From NCBI GenBank assembly GCA_965263355.1, contig CBDHHL010000032.1:288001-352000 (forward strand): a DNA stretch of 64,000 bases. The letters run 5' to 3'. The position numbers and the translations under genes are program-made. Numbering within the stretch: position 1 is the stretch's first letter; every line of letters starts with the position of its first letter. This document shows, piece by piece, positions 9,138 through 20,271 of this stretch. Under the pieces are notes generated by a model. It had not been told where the DNA came from and did no database searches. It worked only from the letters and a program-made list of their open reading frames with translations. The stretch is from Leptolyngbyaceae cyanobacterium. Its GTDB lineage: Bacteria > Cyanobacteriota > Cyanobacteriia > Phormidesmidales > Phormidesmidaceae.

Positions 9138-10403
9138 ATGGCAACAGCACAGCCACCTCGGCATAAGCACATTGTTCTTACCTCTCATCCTGGTAATTTT
9201 GGCCAAAATTCCATTGAGATTAAATGGGGCGAGGCAGACCCAAACAAACGTGGTCCCATTATTGCTACCCTGGGCAACCGGTCCCATCGCAACGTAATTG
9301 GCACCCATTCCGGTGGCTATGCAGTGTATCGAGCATTGGCCGTTGCCAGTGGTAGTCTAGAGCGCGATCACCGCGCTGATTTAACCAATACGGCCCCGAC
9401 GGTTGCCATTGGCCCTTATCCCAGTTGGACCGTGCCGGACAAAATTATTTCCCTCGACCCGTTTGGAGCCCTGGATCAGGATCTGTTTGCCGACCTCAGG
9501 GCCGAGGGTTACGACATTCGTCCCTCCATTGCCATTACTAAAGCCCATATCAATATTCCAGAATTACAAGAGGCCGTTAACCAAGGCCGTATTCACGTCG
9601 ATGGCAAAATTCTGAAGGACGGTGGTGAGCTGGTGGTAACCAAGGCCGCCATTGAGCCCGTGTGGCATTTACCAGGCATTGCTAAGCGGTTTGACGTGGA
9701 GGAAAGCAATCTGCGCCGCACCCTGTTTGAGCAGACCGGCGGCATGTTTCCTGAACTGGTCACCCGCCCTGACCTGCAGGTATTTTTACCCCCCATCGGT
9801 GGACACACGGTTTACATTTTGGGAGATATTGAGGCCATTACTGACCCAAATCGTCCCCTGGCCGTCAGGATCCATGACGAGTGCAACGGGTCCGACGTAT
9901 TTGGCTCAGACATTTGCACCTGCCGTCCCTATCTAGTGCACGGCATTGAGGTAGCCTTAGCCATGGCCCAAGCTGGTGGGGCTGGGGTGATCATTTATGC
10001 CCGTAAAGAAGGTCGTGCCCTGGGGGAAGTAACTAAGTTTTTGGTCTACAACGCTCGTAAACGGCAGGTTGGGGGCGACCGAGCTGATACCTACTTCACC
10101 CGCACTGAATGTGTGGCCGGGGTACAGGACATGCGCTTTCAAGAACTAATGCCCGATGTAATGCACTGGTTGGGCATGACCCGAATTGATCAGTTTGTTT
10201 CCATGAGCAATCTTAAATACGATGCCGTCGTTCAATCTGGCATTGACATTGTGGAACGGGTCTCGATTCCAGAAGATCTGATTCCAGCGGATGCCCAGGT
10301 GGAAATCAAAGCGAAAAAAGCGGCTGGTTATTATACCGAAGGGGAGGTGCCCGACAAGACTGCACTTACCCAAACCATTGGTCGCCAGTACGAGGATGCT
10401 TAA
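9138..10403 (+). CDS. URC1/UrcA-like GTP cyclohydrolase II family protein (uracil catabolism)
   Basis: Long N-terminal GPIIAT...RNVIGTHSGGY domain; Zn motif RIHDECNGSDVFGSDICTC; RKEGRALGEV; coupled to the URC4-like gene and upp. Confidence 0.92.
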   Translation: MATAQPPRHKHIVLTSHPGNFGQNSIEIKWGEADPNKRGPIIATLGNRSHRNVIGTHSGGYAVYRALAVASGSLERDHRADLTNTAPTVAIGPYPSWTVPDKIISLDPFGALDQDLFADLRAEGYDIRPSIAITKAHINIPELQEAVNQGRIHVDGKILKDGGELVVTKAAIEPVWHLPGIAKRFDVEESNLRRTLFEQTGGMFPELVTRPDLQVFLPPIGGHTVYILGDIEAITDPNRPLAVRIHDECNGSDVFGSDICTCRPYLVHGIEVALAMAQAGGAGVIIYARKEGRALGEVTKFLVYNARKRQVGGDRADTYFTRTECVAGVQDMRFQELMPDVMHWLGMTRIDQFVSMSNLKYDAVVQSGIDIVERVSIPEDLIPADAQVEIKAKKAAGYYTEGEVPDKTALTQTIGRQYEDA

Positions 10404-11665
10404 TGACACCGGCAGAACAGGCAGCGATTGCCTATTTAAGGCAGCCCCAGGCAATTCGCGATCGCACCTACCAACTATTCGAACTATGCCAGACAGATAA
10501 ACTTGACCATTTTGCCTGCAATCTAGCCAAACTAGACGCCGTTGCCGACTATGTCGTTGAGACCACTCGGCAACTGTATCCCGATTTTGATGTGCCGTTT
10601 CACAGTCGCTGGCGTCACTTTGGCCAAGCGCGCCTGACACCGCCCTTAATTCTCCCGGCCCATCAAGGCACCCAGGATATTCCACCACCGTTAATGCCGG
10701 AGGAGGCCAGAAAGGAATCGGCCAAAGCACAGCTCGACCTGGTTATTGTCAGTGTCCTTTTGGATGCCGGAGCCGGTAGTCAATGGCACTATCAGGACTT
10801 TTCTACCAACCAAACCCTGGGCCGTTCAGAAGGGTTGGCCGTTGCCAGTCTGCGGGCCTTTGAGCAGGGGTTCTTTTCTACGGATGCCACGGTGCTCTAT
10901 CAGGTGGATGCTGCTGGTTTGCAGTCCCTAACGGCAGCGGATCTAGCCCAGGTATTTCAAGTCAGGGATGACAACCCCCTAGTGGGACTATCGGGCCGAT
11001 TGACCTTGCTGCATCAGTTGGGTGCTGCCCTGGCAGCCCAGCCAAAGCGCTTTGGAGCAACCCCTGCCAGACCGGGCAATCTGTTGGACTATTTAACTCA
11101 GCGCTACGGCCATACCTTGGATGCGGGGCTGTTGCTCACCGAAGTGCTAGAAAGCTTCGGCTCAATCTGGCCGGGGCGAGTCACCTTGGCCGATACCAAT
11201 TTGGGTGATATGTGGCCCCATCCAGCCTTGCCGGACACAGGATTGGGGACAAACCTGGTGCCGTTTCATAAGCTATCCCAATGGTTGACCTATTCCCTGG
11301 TAGAACCCTTAACAGTCGCTGGGATCACCGTGACCAATTTAAATGCCCTGACGGGGTTGGCTGAATATCGCAATGGGGGTCTGTGTATAGATTTGGGCTT
11401 ACTGGTTGCCAAACATCCCGAGGTGACAAACCAGGCCCACTTACCAGGCTCATCGGTAATTGTTGAATGGCGAGCCCTCACCATAGTGATGCTAGACATG
11501 ATTGGTGAGCGGGTGCGTCAGTTGCTTAATAAATCGCCGACGGAACTGCCGTTGATCAAAGTGTTGGAGGGGGGGACCTGGGCAGCAGGACGACGAATTG
11601 CAAAACAACTACGACCGACTGGAGTACCGCCGATTGCAATTGAGAGCGATGGTACGGTGTTTTGA
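10403..11665 (+). CDS. URC4/Urg3 family protein (DUF1688)
   Basis: [44 protein letters not shown]-terminal SDGTVF; TAATG overlap with the upstream gene. Confidence 0.92.
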   Translation: MTPAEQAAIAYLRQPQAIRDRTYQLFELCQTDKLDHFACNLAKLDAVADYVVETTRQLYPDFDVPFHSRWRHFGQARLTPPLILPAHQGTQDIPPPLMPEEARKESAKAQLDLVIVSVLLDAGAGSQWHYQDFSTNQTLGRSEGLAVASLRAFEQGFFSTDATVLYQVDAAGLQSLTAADLAQVFQVRDDNPLVGLSGRLTLLHQLGAALAAQPKRFGATPARPGNLLDYLTQRYGHTLDAGLLLTEVLESFGSIWPGRVTLADTNLGDMWPHPALPDTGLGTNLVPFHKLSQWLTYSLVEPLTVAGITVTNLNALTGLAEYRNGGLCIDLGLLVAKHPEVTNQAHLPGSSVIVEWRALTIVMLDMIGERVRQLLNKSPTELPLIKVLEGGTWAAGRRIAKQLRPTGVPPIAIESDGTVF

Positions 11666-11705
11666 AGTCGGAAGTCGGAAGTCGGAAGTCAGAAGTCGGA
11701 AGTGG
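11664..11705. repeat. Heptamer tandem repeat (GAAGTCG)x6, STRR-like
   Basis: gaagtcg x3, gaagtca, gaagtcg, gaagtgg. Confidence 0.9.
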
Positions 11706-11712
11706 GAGGCGT

Positions 11713-12348
11713 ATGGACAACAACTTGGTAACGCAAATTGCGCATCCGTTGATTCAGCATAAACTGACGCTGATGCGGCAGAAAGAAACGAGTACGGCTA
11801 AATTTCGCCAACTGTTGGAAGAAATCAGTCTGTTGTTAGCCTACGAGGTTACCCGTGAATTGCCCCTAGAAATGGTTGACATTGAGACGCCCTTTGCCAC
11901 CATGGCAGCGCCAATGTTGACGGGCAAGAAGCTGGTGCTGATTTCGATTATGCGGGCAGGACAGGGAATTTTGGACGGCATGCTGAAGTTGATTCCCTCG
12001 GCGCGGGTAGGGCACATTGGCCTCTACCGGGATCCGAGAATGCTGATGCCAGTAGAGTATTACTTTAAGGTGCCTAAGGATGTCAGTGAGCGGGATATGC
12101 TCATTGTTGACCCGATGATTGCCACGGGGAATAGTGCGATCGCAGCCGTCCATCGCCTCAAGGAAACCCAACCCCAGTCAATTAAATTTGTATGTTTGCT
12201 GGCAGCACCAGAGGGACTTAAGAGTTTCCATGAAGAACATCCCGATGTCCCTGTTTTTACGGCTGCCATCGACGAGAAGCTGGATGAACACGGCTACATT
12301 TTGCCAGGTCTGGGCGACGCAGGCGATCGCATGTTTGGTACGCAGTAA
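11713..12348 (+). CDS. upp: Uracil phosphoribosyltransferase
   Basis: [13 protein letters not shown] motif [22 protein letters not shown]. Start moved to ATG 11713, after a GGAGG RBS. Confidence 0.96.
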   Translation: MDNNLVTQIAHPLIQHKLTLMRQKETSTAKFRQLLEEISLLLAYEVTRELPLEMVDIETPFATMAAPMLTGKKLVLISIMRAGQGILDGMLKLIPSARVGHIGLYRDPRMLMPVEYYFKVPKDVSERDMLIVDPMIATGNSAIAAVHRLKETQPQSIKFVCLLAAPEGLKSFHEEHPDVPVFTAAIDEKLDEHGYILPGLGDAGDRMFGTQ

Positions 12349-12436
12349 GACCTACCTCGGAGTCCCTCCCAGGAGAGGAGAGTTTTGGACTAATGTTTTC
12401 AGTTTTGTATTCGATTTTTAACGTTTAGAATCTGTT

Positions 12437-13906
12437 ATGAAACAACTAAAAAACTACATTGCTGGTGCATGGCAACAGTCTCAAACCACTGACTATCTTG
12501 AGGTGATTAACCCCGCTACCAATGCTCTTCTGGCAGAGGTTCCCCTCTCACTGGCCAGGGAACTAGATCAGGCGGTAACCGCTGCCAGTGAGGCCTTTAG
12601 CACCTGGCGACGGATTCCTCCCACCGAGCGTATTCAGTATCTCTTTAAACTCAAAACACGGTTAGAAGAAAATCGTGACGAGTTAGCCAAAACAATCACC
12701 GCAGAATGTGGCAAGACCCTAAAAGAATCCCAGGGAGAACTGCAGCGAGCGATTGAAAATGTTGAAGTGGCCTGTGGTATTCCTACGTTGATGCAGGGGT
12801 ATAACTCAGAAGATATTGCCCGTGGCATTGATGAGATAATGATTCGTCAACCCTTGGGGGTGGTGGGCGTCATTGCGCCGTTTAATTTTCCGGCGATGAT
12901 TCCGTTTTGGTTTTTTCCCTATGCCATTGCCTGTGGTAATACCTGTATTATTAAACCCTCTGAGAAAGTCCCCCAGACGATGACCAAAATCATGGAACTG
13001 GTTGGCCAGACGGGAATACCGGCAGGGGTAGTGAATTTGGTCAATGGCAGTAAAACCGTTGTCGATGCATTACTGGATCATCCGACAGTAAAGGCCATTA
13101 GCTTTGTCGGGTCGAGTCCGGTGGCGCAGTATATCTATCGTCGCGCAGCGGAAAACGGCAAGCGAGTACAGTGTCAGGGGGGAGCCAAAAATCCGGTGGT
13201 GATTTTGCCCGATGCGGATCTGGAGATGACCACACGAATTGTGGCGGATAGTGCCTTTGGTTGTGCGGGACAGCGATGTTTAGCAGCATCCCTGGCGATT
13301 ACCGTCGGTACGGTGAAGGCAGACTTTACGGCAGCGATGGTGACCGCAGCCCAGCAGCGGGTGGTGGGCAATGGCCTTGATGATGGAGTGCAGATGGGGG
13401 CAGTAATTAATCGGAGCAGTTGCGATCGCATCCATGCCCTGATCCAAACCGGCATTGACGAAGGCAGCAAACTGTTAGTCGATGGTCGTAATCCCCAAAT
13501 TCCTGGCCATGAGCAAGGTAGCTTTGTACGCCCCACCCTGTTGCAAGATGTTCCACCCCAGGGTGAAATTGCCACCACCGAGATTTTTGGACCAGTGTTG
13601 GGCCTAATCCATACAGATACTTTGGATCAGGCTATTGCCCTAGTCAACCAAAGCCGTTGGGGGAATATGGCCTGTCTGTTTACCAATTCAGGGTCAGCGG
13701 CCCGCAAGTTTCGCTATGAAGCCGAAGCAGGCAACATTGGCATCAATATTGGCGTAGCAGCACCAATGGCATTTTTCCCCTTTAGCGGTTGGAAAGAAAG
13801 TTTTTACGGCGATCTTCATGGTCAAAGCCAGCACGCAGTTGAGTTTTTCACCCAGACAAAAGTTGTCGTTGAACGCTGGCCCAAAGAATGGTCACGACAG
13901 TTTTAA
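12437..13906 (+). CDS. mmsA: CoA-acylating (methyl)malonate-semialdehyde dehydrogenase
   Basis: [48 protein letters not shown]. Confidence 0.93.
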   Translation: MKQLKNYIAGAWQQSQTTDYLEVINPATNALLAEVPLSLARELDQAVTAASEAFSTWRRIPPTERIQYLFKLKTRLEENRDELAKTITAECGKTLKESQGELQRAIENVEVACGIPTLMQGYNSEDIARGIDEIMIRQPLGVVGVIAPFNFPAMIPFWFFPYAIACGNTCIIKPSEKVPQTMTKIMELVGQTGIPAGVVNLVNGSKTVVDALLDHPTVKAISFVGSSPVAQYIYRRAAENGKRVQCQGGAKNPVVILPDADLEMTTRIVADSAFGCAGQRCLAASLAITVGTVKADFTAAMVTAAQQRVVGNGLDDGVQMGAVINRSSCDRIHALIQTGIDEGSKLLVDGRNPQIPGHEQGSFVRPTLLQDVPPQGEIATTEIFGPVLGLIHTDTLDQAIALVNQSRWGNMACLFTNSGSAARKFRYEAEAGNIGINIGVAAPMAFFPFSGWKESFYGDLHGQSQHAVEFFTQTKVVVERWPKEWSRQF

Positions 13907-14293
13907 TCTCTTCTTATAATTTGTATTTTATGCCCGAGAGCCTCCGCAAAAACCAATGCAGGCCCCATATAATTGCCCCAGCCGTAACCTCGAACTTAAT
14001 GCTATTAGGAATAGCCTAGTACGGTGGGTTGTAGGGCGGCGTTCCGGCCTTGTTCAGGGGGAAACCCCAATATGCCTAAATTGAAAACCTTGTTGTTTCC
14101 GGAAAGGGAACTCGGAGGGACCCCAAGCAACCGGTTTTACCATTAGCCAACCACTCAAAGGACATCGGAAAATCGGCTAATAGCGAGAAAGGCTGCTTAA
14201 GTTAATACTCTGATGATATAAAAGCAAAGTTTAAACCAGACGTTAAGCTTTACATTGTCTAATGCTCGCTAATGTAACCTCGTCAACCATTCA

Positions 14294-14641
14294 ATGAATC
14301 CAAATCCAAATCAGCCAAATCTTGCCGATACCCTCAATACCATCTTGAGTCAAGCCACAAGCCTCAAACAAGACATCAATGAAAACTTAATAGATAACAA
14401 CACGGCCACCATCAATGACATCTTGTTACGTACCGCCTATGCACAAATTCCTACCAAAGCAGCTGAGGCAATTCCAGGGCTGGAAATATTTGAAGACAGT
14501 GAAAACCCTGGCAGCTGGTTTTGGGAATGGTCATGGGGTGAATGTCAGGAGGGACCGCTGGAGAACGAGCTAGAAGCACTGATTTCATTTGCTCGATTTG
14601 CAGCTGAGCTAGCGATGGAATTAGGGGATAATGACGAATAA
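14294..14641 (+). CDS. Hypothetical acidic protein
   Basis: Intact 115-aa ATG ORF; no family recognised. Confidence 0.5.
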   Translation: MNPNPNQPNLADTLNTILSQATSLKQDINENLIDNNTATINDILLRTAYAQIPTKAAEAIPGLEIFEDSENPGSWFWEWSWGECQEGPLENELEALISFARFAAELAMELGDNDE

Positions 14642-14818
14642 GGACTCGGTGTGAGTAGAAAACAGGGGAAAACCCATGATGTGAGAAGTTATTTAGTCTC
14701 TGAGTGCTCAAGTTACAAACGTAGCTAAAGTAGCAACCCCTGGTTGTTTAATCTGCTAACAATACTCTGGTGAGCTACACCTAAATTTAGGTATCAAAAA
14801 CTACGCTGGAGTAGGGGT

Positions 14819-15877
14819 ATGTATGTTGTTTCTAAGGCTCTTAATAAGCAAATCAGCCAGCCTAAGCATGGAGTAAATGGATTGGCCATAGCCTATGTCA
14901 TCATTGGCTATGGCGGCTCTATTGCCTGCATTTGTCATTCAGGCTGGTGGATCAATATCCTGGGGGTATTGCTGCTGACCCATACGTTAGTGTGGGCGGC
15001 TTATTTTGTCCATGAGTTTATCCATGGCACGATTTTTCGTGGCCCGCAACTGAATGGCCTGGGGGCTAGGGCCATGCTTTTTCTGACGGGGTCTTGCTAC
15101 TGTCGCTATTTGCCATTAGCACGGTATCACCTGGCCCATCATAAAAATCGTGCCGATTTTTCAGCATTTTCTATGGATGCTTTTTTGCGATCGCTCCCCA
15201 CCCCTCTACTCAAGCTAATCGAACTCCTGGAATGGCTTTACTTCCCAGCCATTAACCTGATCCTACGTTGGTTTTGTGCCCTGTCTCCATTTTTAGGCCA
15301 AACCCGTCAGGAAGACCGCTGGCGTAATGGTGTTTTGTTATTCGTCAGAGGTAGCCTTTTTGTTACCCTGGCCTGGTACTCCTGGAAAGCTGTCATCCTT
15401 TACTTTATTAGCTATCTCTGTTTTCTCAATATTCTACGGTTTATGGACTGTTTTCAGCATACCTATACGGTCGTGCAAATGGGGCAACCCATGCCCAAAT
15501 ACAGTCTGGACTATGAGGAAAGCAATACGTACTCAAATTTAGTGTTAGGACGTTGGCACTGGCTGAACTTACTATTTCTTAATTTTGGTTACCATAATGC
15601 TCACCATCAGGTAATTCATTGTCCATGGTATCTACTGCCTCAGCTAAATGAGGAACTCTATGGGACCAACTATAAACAGCAGGTTAGCCTAGGCAGTCTG
15701 GTAAAAAACTACCATCAGTTTCGTATGCGACGGTTGTTTGGTGAAAAGAGTAGTGTCGTTGAAACTGATGATGGGCTTGATTTTGATAATTTTCTCGGAG
15801 ATATTGGCGTTTCTTTTTTGCTCCTGAGAGAGCCGTTAGACTGGCTAAACTCAGAACTATCGCTCCGATTAAATTGA
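14819..15877 (+). CDS. Membrane fatty-acid desaturase family protein
   Basis: Three His boxes HEFIH, HLAHH, HNAHH plus TM segments. Confidence 0.9.
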   Translation: MYVVSKALNKQISQPKHGVNGLAIAYVIIGYGGSIACICHSGWWINILGVLLLTHTLVWAAYFVHEFIHGTIFRGPQLNGLGARAMLFLTGSCYCRYLPLARYHLAHHKNRADFSAFSMDAFLRSLPTPLLKLIELLEWLYFPAINLILRWFCALSPFLGQTRQEDRWRNGVLLFVRGSLFVTLAWYSWKAVILYFISYLCFLNILRFMDCFQHTYTVVQMGQPMPKYSLDYEESNTYSNLVLGRWHWLNLLFLNFGYHNAHHQVIHCPWYLLPQLNEELYGTNYKQQVSLGSLVKNYHQFRMRRLFGEKSSVVETDDGLDFDNFLGDIGVSFLLLREPLDWLNSELSLRLN

Positions 15878-16070
15878 ATCTGGATCAATCCCCATTTTCC
15901 TAAGCTTTTCTGCTAGTCGTTCAGCTTGCTTATAAACGTCCTTATACGGGATATAAAGTTGCTTGAGTAATGTCTATTTTGGCTATGAACTCTCTGGGTT
16001 AAAACAGATTTAGAGGCTAAGTTTGCTCGGTTGCTTAGAATTGAGGGGTACTGCTTACGGGAATACATTT

Positions 16071-16702
16071 ATGCCTTCCCCTTTGCCTGGGATGGATCCG
16101 TATTTGGAGCATCCTCGATCCTGGCCGAACTTTCATCATCGGTTGATTACGGCAATTGCCATTAGCTTAGGTCCACAGTTACGGCCTAAATACCGGGTGG
16201 TGGTTGAGGAGGCGATCTACCAGACAGAGGGGCAGAACTCAGTTTTGGTAGGGATTCCTGATGGGCAATGCGGGAAACTTTACCGATGCCGGATGTGGTA
16301 CGTCAGGGGTATCTGGAAATTCGGGATGTGGCTACCAGTGAGGTGGTGACGGTGATGGAGGTGCTATCACCGACGAATAAGCGGCCTGGGGAGGGTCGAC
16401 GGACCTATGAAGCAAAGCGTCAAACGGTTTTGGCGAGTCCGACAAATCTGGTAGAGATTGATTTATTGTGGCAATGGCCTCCGATTGTGCAACTGCCTGA
16501 GCAGATTAGGACGCACTATCGGATTTTGGTCAGAGCTAGTGTGAATCGACCTCGGGCAAGTTTGTATGGGTTTAATTTGCAAGAGCCGATTCCGGCATTT
16601 CCTTTACCTTTGCGAGAAGGGGAATCGGAACCGATTGTTAACTTACAGGAGTTGCTTGGTGATATTTATGATTAGTCAGGATATGACTTGGTGATTGACT
16701 GA
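16071..16702 (+). pseudogene. DUF4058 family (PD-(D/E)xK-like) pseudogene
   Basis: MPSPLPGMDPYLE start; internal deletion/frameshift near 16265; EVLSPTNK and LVEIDLL in the second frame; premature TAG at 16673. Confidence 0.8.
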
Positions 16703-16764
16703 CGGCAAGCAATTCCTGAAGATATGAAATACATTCAGTGATACAAGCTTATTTCTTGTGTTTC

Positions 16765-17065
16765 ATGTCTTCCATTCAAAAAATTCTGATTTTAGCCTCC
16801 AATCCACTGTCGCTATATCTATACTGGCGATACAAAAGGTGTAATTAGAATATGGGATTTTGATAGTGAAATTTGTCTTTTAAAGATTCCTTGCCACTCC
16901 AAAGCAATAAGTGCAATTGCTCTAAACTCTAAAAATAATTGGTTAGCCACATGTGGAGATGATAAAAAAGTCAGGGTAATTGATCTTAATAAAAACAAAA
17001 TTATCAATAAAAAACTAAGGGATTCAGATCGTATTCAATCTATACTTTTTACTAAAGAGTCCTAG
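16765..17065 (+). pseudogene. Relic of a CHAT-domain/WD40-repeat protein
   Basis: MSSIQKILILASNP, then in another frame TGDTKGVIRIWD...HSKAISAIALNSKNNWLATCGDDKKVRVID; AT-rich. Confidence 0.6.
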
Positions 17066-17122
17066 GTTTTATACGGTAAACATACTCTTATATAGCAGCT
17101 GTGTGACAGTTTATGACTTTAG

Positions 17123-18520
17123 TTATTTTCTCAAATGCCAGCTGCGTGGTTGTAGGAAGGTCGCTATTCCTAGGGTGGACAGTGTAGAGCCGATGCCGGA
17201 ATGGTTACGACCTGTCCAGGGGAGTCGGGGACTGACGCGATCGCAACAGTTCCAATACGCACTTCCACTACTCACCTGCTCCAAAATCCCCACAGCTCTT
17301 TCTCTCTGAGAACTATACACTGCTGCCGTCAGCCCATAGTCCGTATCATTCAGTAAAGTTACTGCCTCATTATCGTCGTTTACCCGCTGAATCCCAATCA
17401 CTGGACCAAAGGTTTCCTCACGCATGACAAGCATCTCATGGGTAACATTCGTTAAGACCGTAGGAGCAAAATACCAGCCAGGGCGAGCTATCGGTTGACC
17501 ACCACAGAGAACCTGAGCCCCTTTGGCGACAGCATCTTGAAGTTGTTGTTCAATCACTGAAAGCTGAGGCTTACGACTCAAGGGACCTAAATAAGTGTCG
17601 GTATCAGTTGGGTCACCCAGTTTAAATTCTTGAACTGTCTGAACAAACTTCTCAACAAACGGTTCATAGACATCTGTGTGTACATAGATTCTCTCTATCG
17701 CACAACAGCTTTGACCATTATTATAAAAAGCACCGTCAGCTAAACCTTCTGCCACAGCAATAACATCGACATCGTCACACACATAAGCTGGATCTTTTCC
17801 CCCTAGTTCCAACTGTACTTTGATTAGCTTGGAAGCAACTGCCATGGCAATCTTCTGGCCAGTAGGGTAGGAGCCTGTAAAGAAAACACCATCGATGGAT
17901 TGTTCAAGGAGAGTGGCTCCAGCGACACCTGTGCCAATGATAGGGACAAAAACATCTTCGGGGATTCCAGATTCGTGGAGGAGAGTTGCGATCGCACTTC
18001 CCGTCATCGTTGCAATTTCTGATGGCTTATACACGACCGCATTACCTGTTAATAGTGCAGGAATAAACACATTGGAACCGACAAAATAAGGATAGTTCCA
18101 GGCAGAGATATTGGCAATAACACCCAGCGGATCATAGGTAATCACTTCTTCTAACTGTCCAGTACCAGGAATAGCCTGCCAGGGTTCTTGATACACCCGT
18201 TGGGCTGTTAGTACCTGGGGAACATTTTCAATAAAAAAATCAATCCGATTTGGTGTCGCTAAGATTTCACTCTTAGCCTGGGTAATTGGCTTGCCAGTCT
18301 CAGACGTTAATGTTGCCGCGAGAAAATCTACTTGCTCTATCAGTGAATTCCTAAAGGTTTGAATGGATTTAATCCTGTCTGCCAATGGAGTGGCTGCCCA
18401 GGCTGGCTGAGCACTACGAGCCCGTTGTACCTTATTGGCAATTATGGCACTGTCGTCAACGGGAATTTCTTTGATTAAGTCTTCTGTTGCCGGATTAATA
18501 ACAGAAATTATATCAGTCAT
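17123..18520 (-). CDS. NAD(P)-dependent aldehyde dehydrogenase
   Basis: WNYP, KPSE, FTGS, ELGGKD, NGQSCCA, EETFGP. Confidence 0.94.
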   Translation of the reverse strand: MTDIISVINPATEDLIKEIPVDDSAIIANKVQRARSAQPAWAATPLADRIKSIQTFRNSLIEQVDFLAATLTSETGKPITQAKSEILATPNRIDFFIENVPQVLTAQRVYQEPWQAIPGTGQLEEVITYDPLGVIANISAWNYPYFVGSNVFIPALLTGNAVVYKPSEIATMTGSAIATLLHESGIPEDVFVPIIGTGVAGATLLEQSIDGVFFTGSYPTGQKIAMAVASKLIKVQLELGGKDPAYVCDDVDVIAVAEGLADGAFYNNGQSCCAIERIYVHTDVYEPFVEKFVQTVQEFKLGDPTDTDTYLGPLSRKPQLSVIEQQLQDAVAKGAQVLCGGQPIARPGWYFAPTVLTNVTHEMLVMREETFGPVIGIQRVNDDNEAVTLLNDTDYGLTAAVYSSQRERAVGILEQVSSGSAYWNCCDRVSPRLPWTGRNHSGIGSTLSTLGIATFLQPRSWHLRK

Positions 18521-18966
18521 AGATCTTTCTCAGAGCTTGCTAAACATCATGCAGTGATTATGTGTTGAAGAACTATGCTACTAGGCCTCCGGCTGCACCG
18601 ACGATGCCTGCATAGAAAATTGTTTGGAAATAGGGCAGCTCACTCGATTGGCATAAAATATTTTTAGACGAGGAAGTGGTTTCTAACTTTTCAGTCGCAA
18701 GGGCCATCGCAGTTACATTCTATGGAATCGTTGAAATGCTAGCGAGTTCGGCTATTGAAAAAGAGTAGTGATTAATACAGTAGAGCCACCTGAATACAGG
18801 ATTTGAATATAGTAAATGCGATTTTGAAATGTTTATAGTGCCACGCCAGCTGCCACCCGGAATAATTAGGAGAACACAAATATTGCCATAAAAAAGGGGC
18901 CTCGATATCTGATAGTTAATCGGGACCACCTACCTGGATGGAAAAACTATAGGGCTGGAACTGAGT

Positions 18967-19416
18967 TTACATAACTCCAAGCTGCTGCATGACCTCTAAT
19001 AAATTACAGTCATACCACCATTCTACAATTTTGTTATCTTCCATACGTAGCCAGGTCACACCACTTACATTTACAAATTTTTCGGTGGCAGGTACCCCTA
19101 AAAACTCTCCTGTGTTTTTGCCCCGAAGGGTGGCTCGATAAACAACCTTATCTCCTTCAACAACAATATCTTCAATTGTCTGTTCAAGGGCGGGAAATCC
19201 TCTAAATAGTTCAGCATTAAATACTTTATTGGCCTCTAAACCCACTACCGGGGCAGAGGCACTGTTGAAGTGATAAACCACATCATCAGTCATTAGCTGA
19301 TCCCAGACGGTTTCCCAGGTGGGGATTGTCCCCCAGCCGTCTACTGCAAACTGCAAGGCAATCGCTCGGTTATTAACTGGACTCACTAACCCCTTGAATG
19401 TGTTTGAAATGCTCAT
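18967..19416 (-). CDS. SnoaL-like ester cyclase family protein
   Basis: GFP...IEDIVVEGDKVV...GEFLGVPAT...KIVEWW...MQQLG. Confidence 0.88.
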   Translation of the reverse strand: MSISNTFKGLVSPVNNRAIALQFAVDGWGTIPTWETVWDQLMTDDVVYHFNSASAPVVGLEANKVFNAELFRGFPALEQTIEDIVVEGDKVVYRATLRGKNTGEFLGVPATEKFVNVSGVTWLRMEDNKIVEWWYDCNLLEVMQQLGVM

Positions 19417-19428
19417 TTGCCATTGTCT

Positions 19429-19494
19429 CCATACGGAAGCGTATAGTTTTAAGGTATGCTTTGACTATCCGAACGTCAATACGCCACCGTATGG
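19429..19494. promoter_or_regulatory. Two putative TetR operators in the divergent promoter
   Basis: CCATACG-N4-CGTATAG (19429-19446) and CAATACG-N4-CGTATGG (19477-19494). Confidence 0.6.
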
Positions 19495-19508
19495 TGAATA
19501 AAAAATCA

Positions 19509-20051
19509 ATGTCTAAGCTCAGTAAGCAAGACTGGATCGATGAAGGGCTAAAGGTTTTGGCTGAAGGTGGTGTAGATGCTGTGCGGGTTGAGCCCCTGGC
19601 CAAGCGACTCAATATCACAAAGGGCAGTTTTTACTGGCACTTCAAAAATCGACAGGCCCTATTAACAGAAATTCTGCAGGCCTGGGTGACGATCCAGACG
19701 AACCACATTATCGAACTGGTGGATGCGGCTGAGGGGGATGCATTGGCCAAGCTACTCTATTTATTTGAGCTAGCCGTACAGGATGATGGCAAAGTCGAAA
19801 ATGCTATTCGGGCCTGGGCTGCCAATGATATCAGGGTGGTTGAGGTGTTAGATCAGGTTGATCATCGGCGATTGACCTACACCAGGGATCTCTTTTTAGC
19901 TGTTGGGTTTACGCCTGTGGACGCCATGGTTCGTGCGCGCATGGTTTACTACGCGCTAATTGGAGAATTTACCCTGGGGACCCGTGCCAATCAAGCTGAG
20001 CGATTAGCTGAAATCCGGCTACAGCACAAAATTCTCACCCGTCGTGATTAG
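19509..20051 (+). CDS. TetR/AcrR family regulator
   Basis: HTH VRVEPLAKRLNITKGSFYWHF. Start reassigned to MSKLSK (alternative 19491). Confidence 0.92.
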   Translation: MSKLSKQDWIDEGLKVLAEGGVDAVRVEPLAKRLNITKGSFYWHFKNRQALLTEILQAWVTIQTNHIIELVDAAEGDALAKLLYLFELAVQDDGKVENAIRAWAANDIRVVEVLDQVDHRRLTYTRDLFLAVGFTPVDAMVRARMVYYALIGEFTLGTRANQAERLAEIRLQHKILTRRD

Positions 20052-20066
20052 AGTGGCTAACTGAAT

Positions 20067-20153
20067 AATCCTGTAGGGGCAGTCCCTTGGGCGGTTTGGC
20101 TGAGCTTACCGTCGAAGCTATGCCCTCCGATACCGGACGTATCAGTCAGGATT
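20067..20153. repeat. REP-containing element AATCCTG...CAGGATT, family B
   Basis: Shares AATCCTGTAGGGGCA..CCCTTG and TGCCCT.CGATACCGG...CAGGATTTC with 54508-54568; has an extra internal segment. Confidence 0.7.
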
Positions 20154-20240
20154 TCTATTATTCACAATAAAGCCGTTGAGCCAGGGTAGCATCAAGCACA
20201 AAGGGATTATCATTGCCTTGCCGAGGGGAGAACTAGAATT

Positions 20241-20271
20241 TCCCCCCTTGCGAAGGGGGGATTAAGGGGGG
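20241..20271. repeat. G/C-rich REP-like palindrome
   Basis: TCCCCCCTT-GCG-AAGGGGGGA-TTAAGGGGGG. Confidence 0.65.

Noticed and set aside
9138..10403. Riboflavin-pathway ribA
   Set aside because: The URC1-type N-terminal domain and coupling to URC4 and upp point to uracil catabolism.
11662..11712. N-terminal extension [13 protein letters not shown] on Upp
   Set aside because: It is the translation of the GAAGTCG heptamer array; the real start is ATG 11713 after GGAGG.
14100..14140. Cobalamin riboswitch resemblance (AAGGGAACTCGG...GCAACC)
   Set aside because: No B12 box or GCCACTG element, and no B12-related gene downstream.
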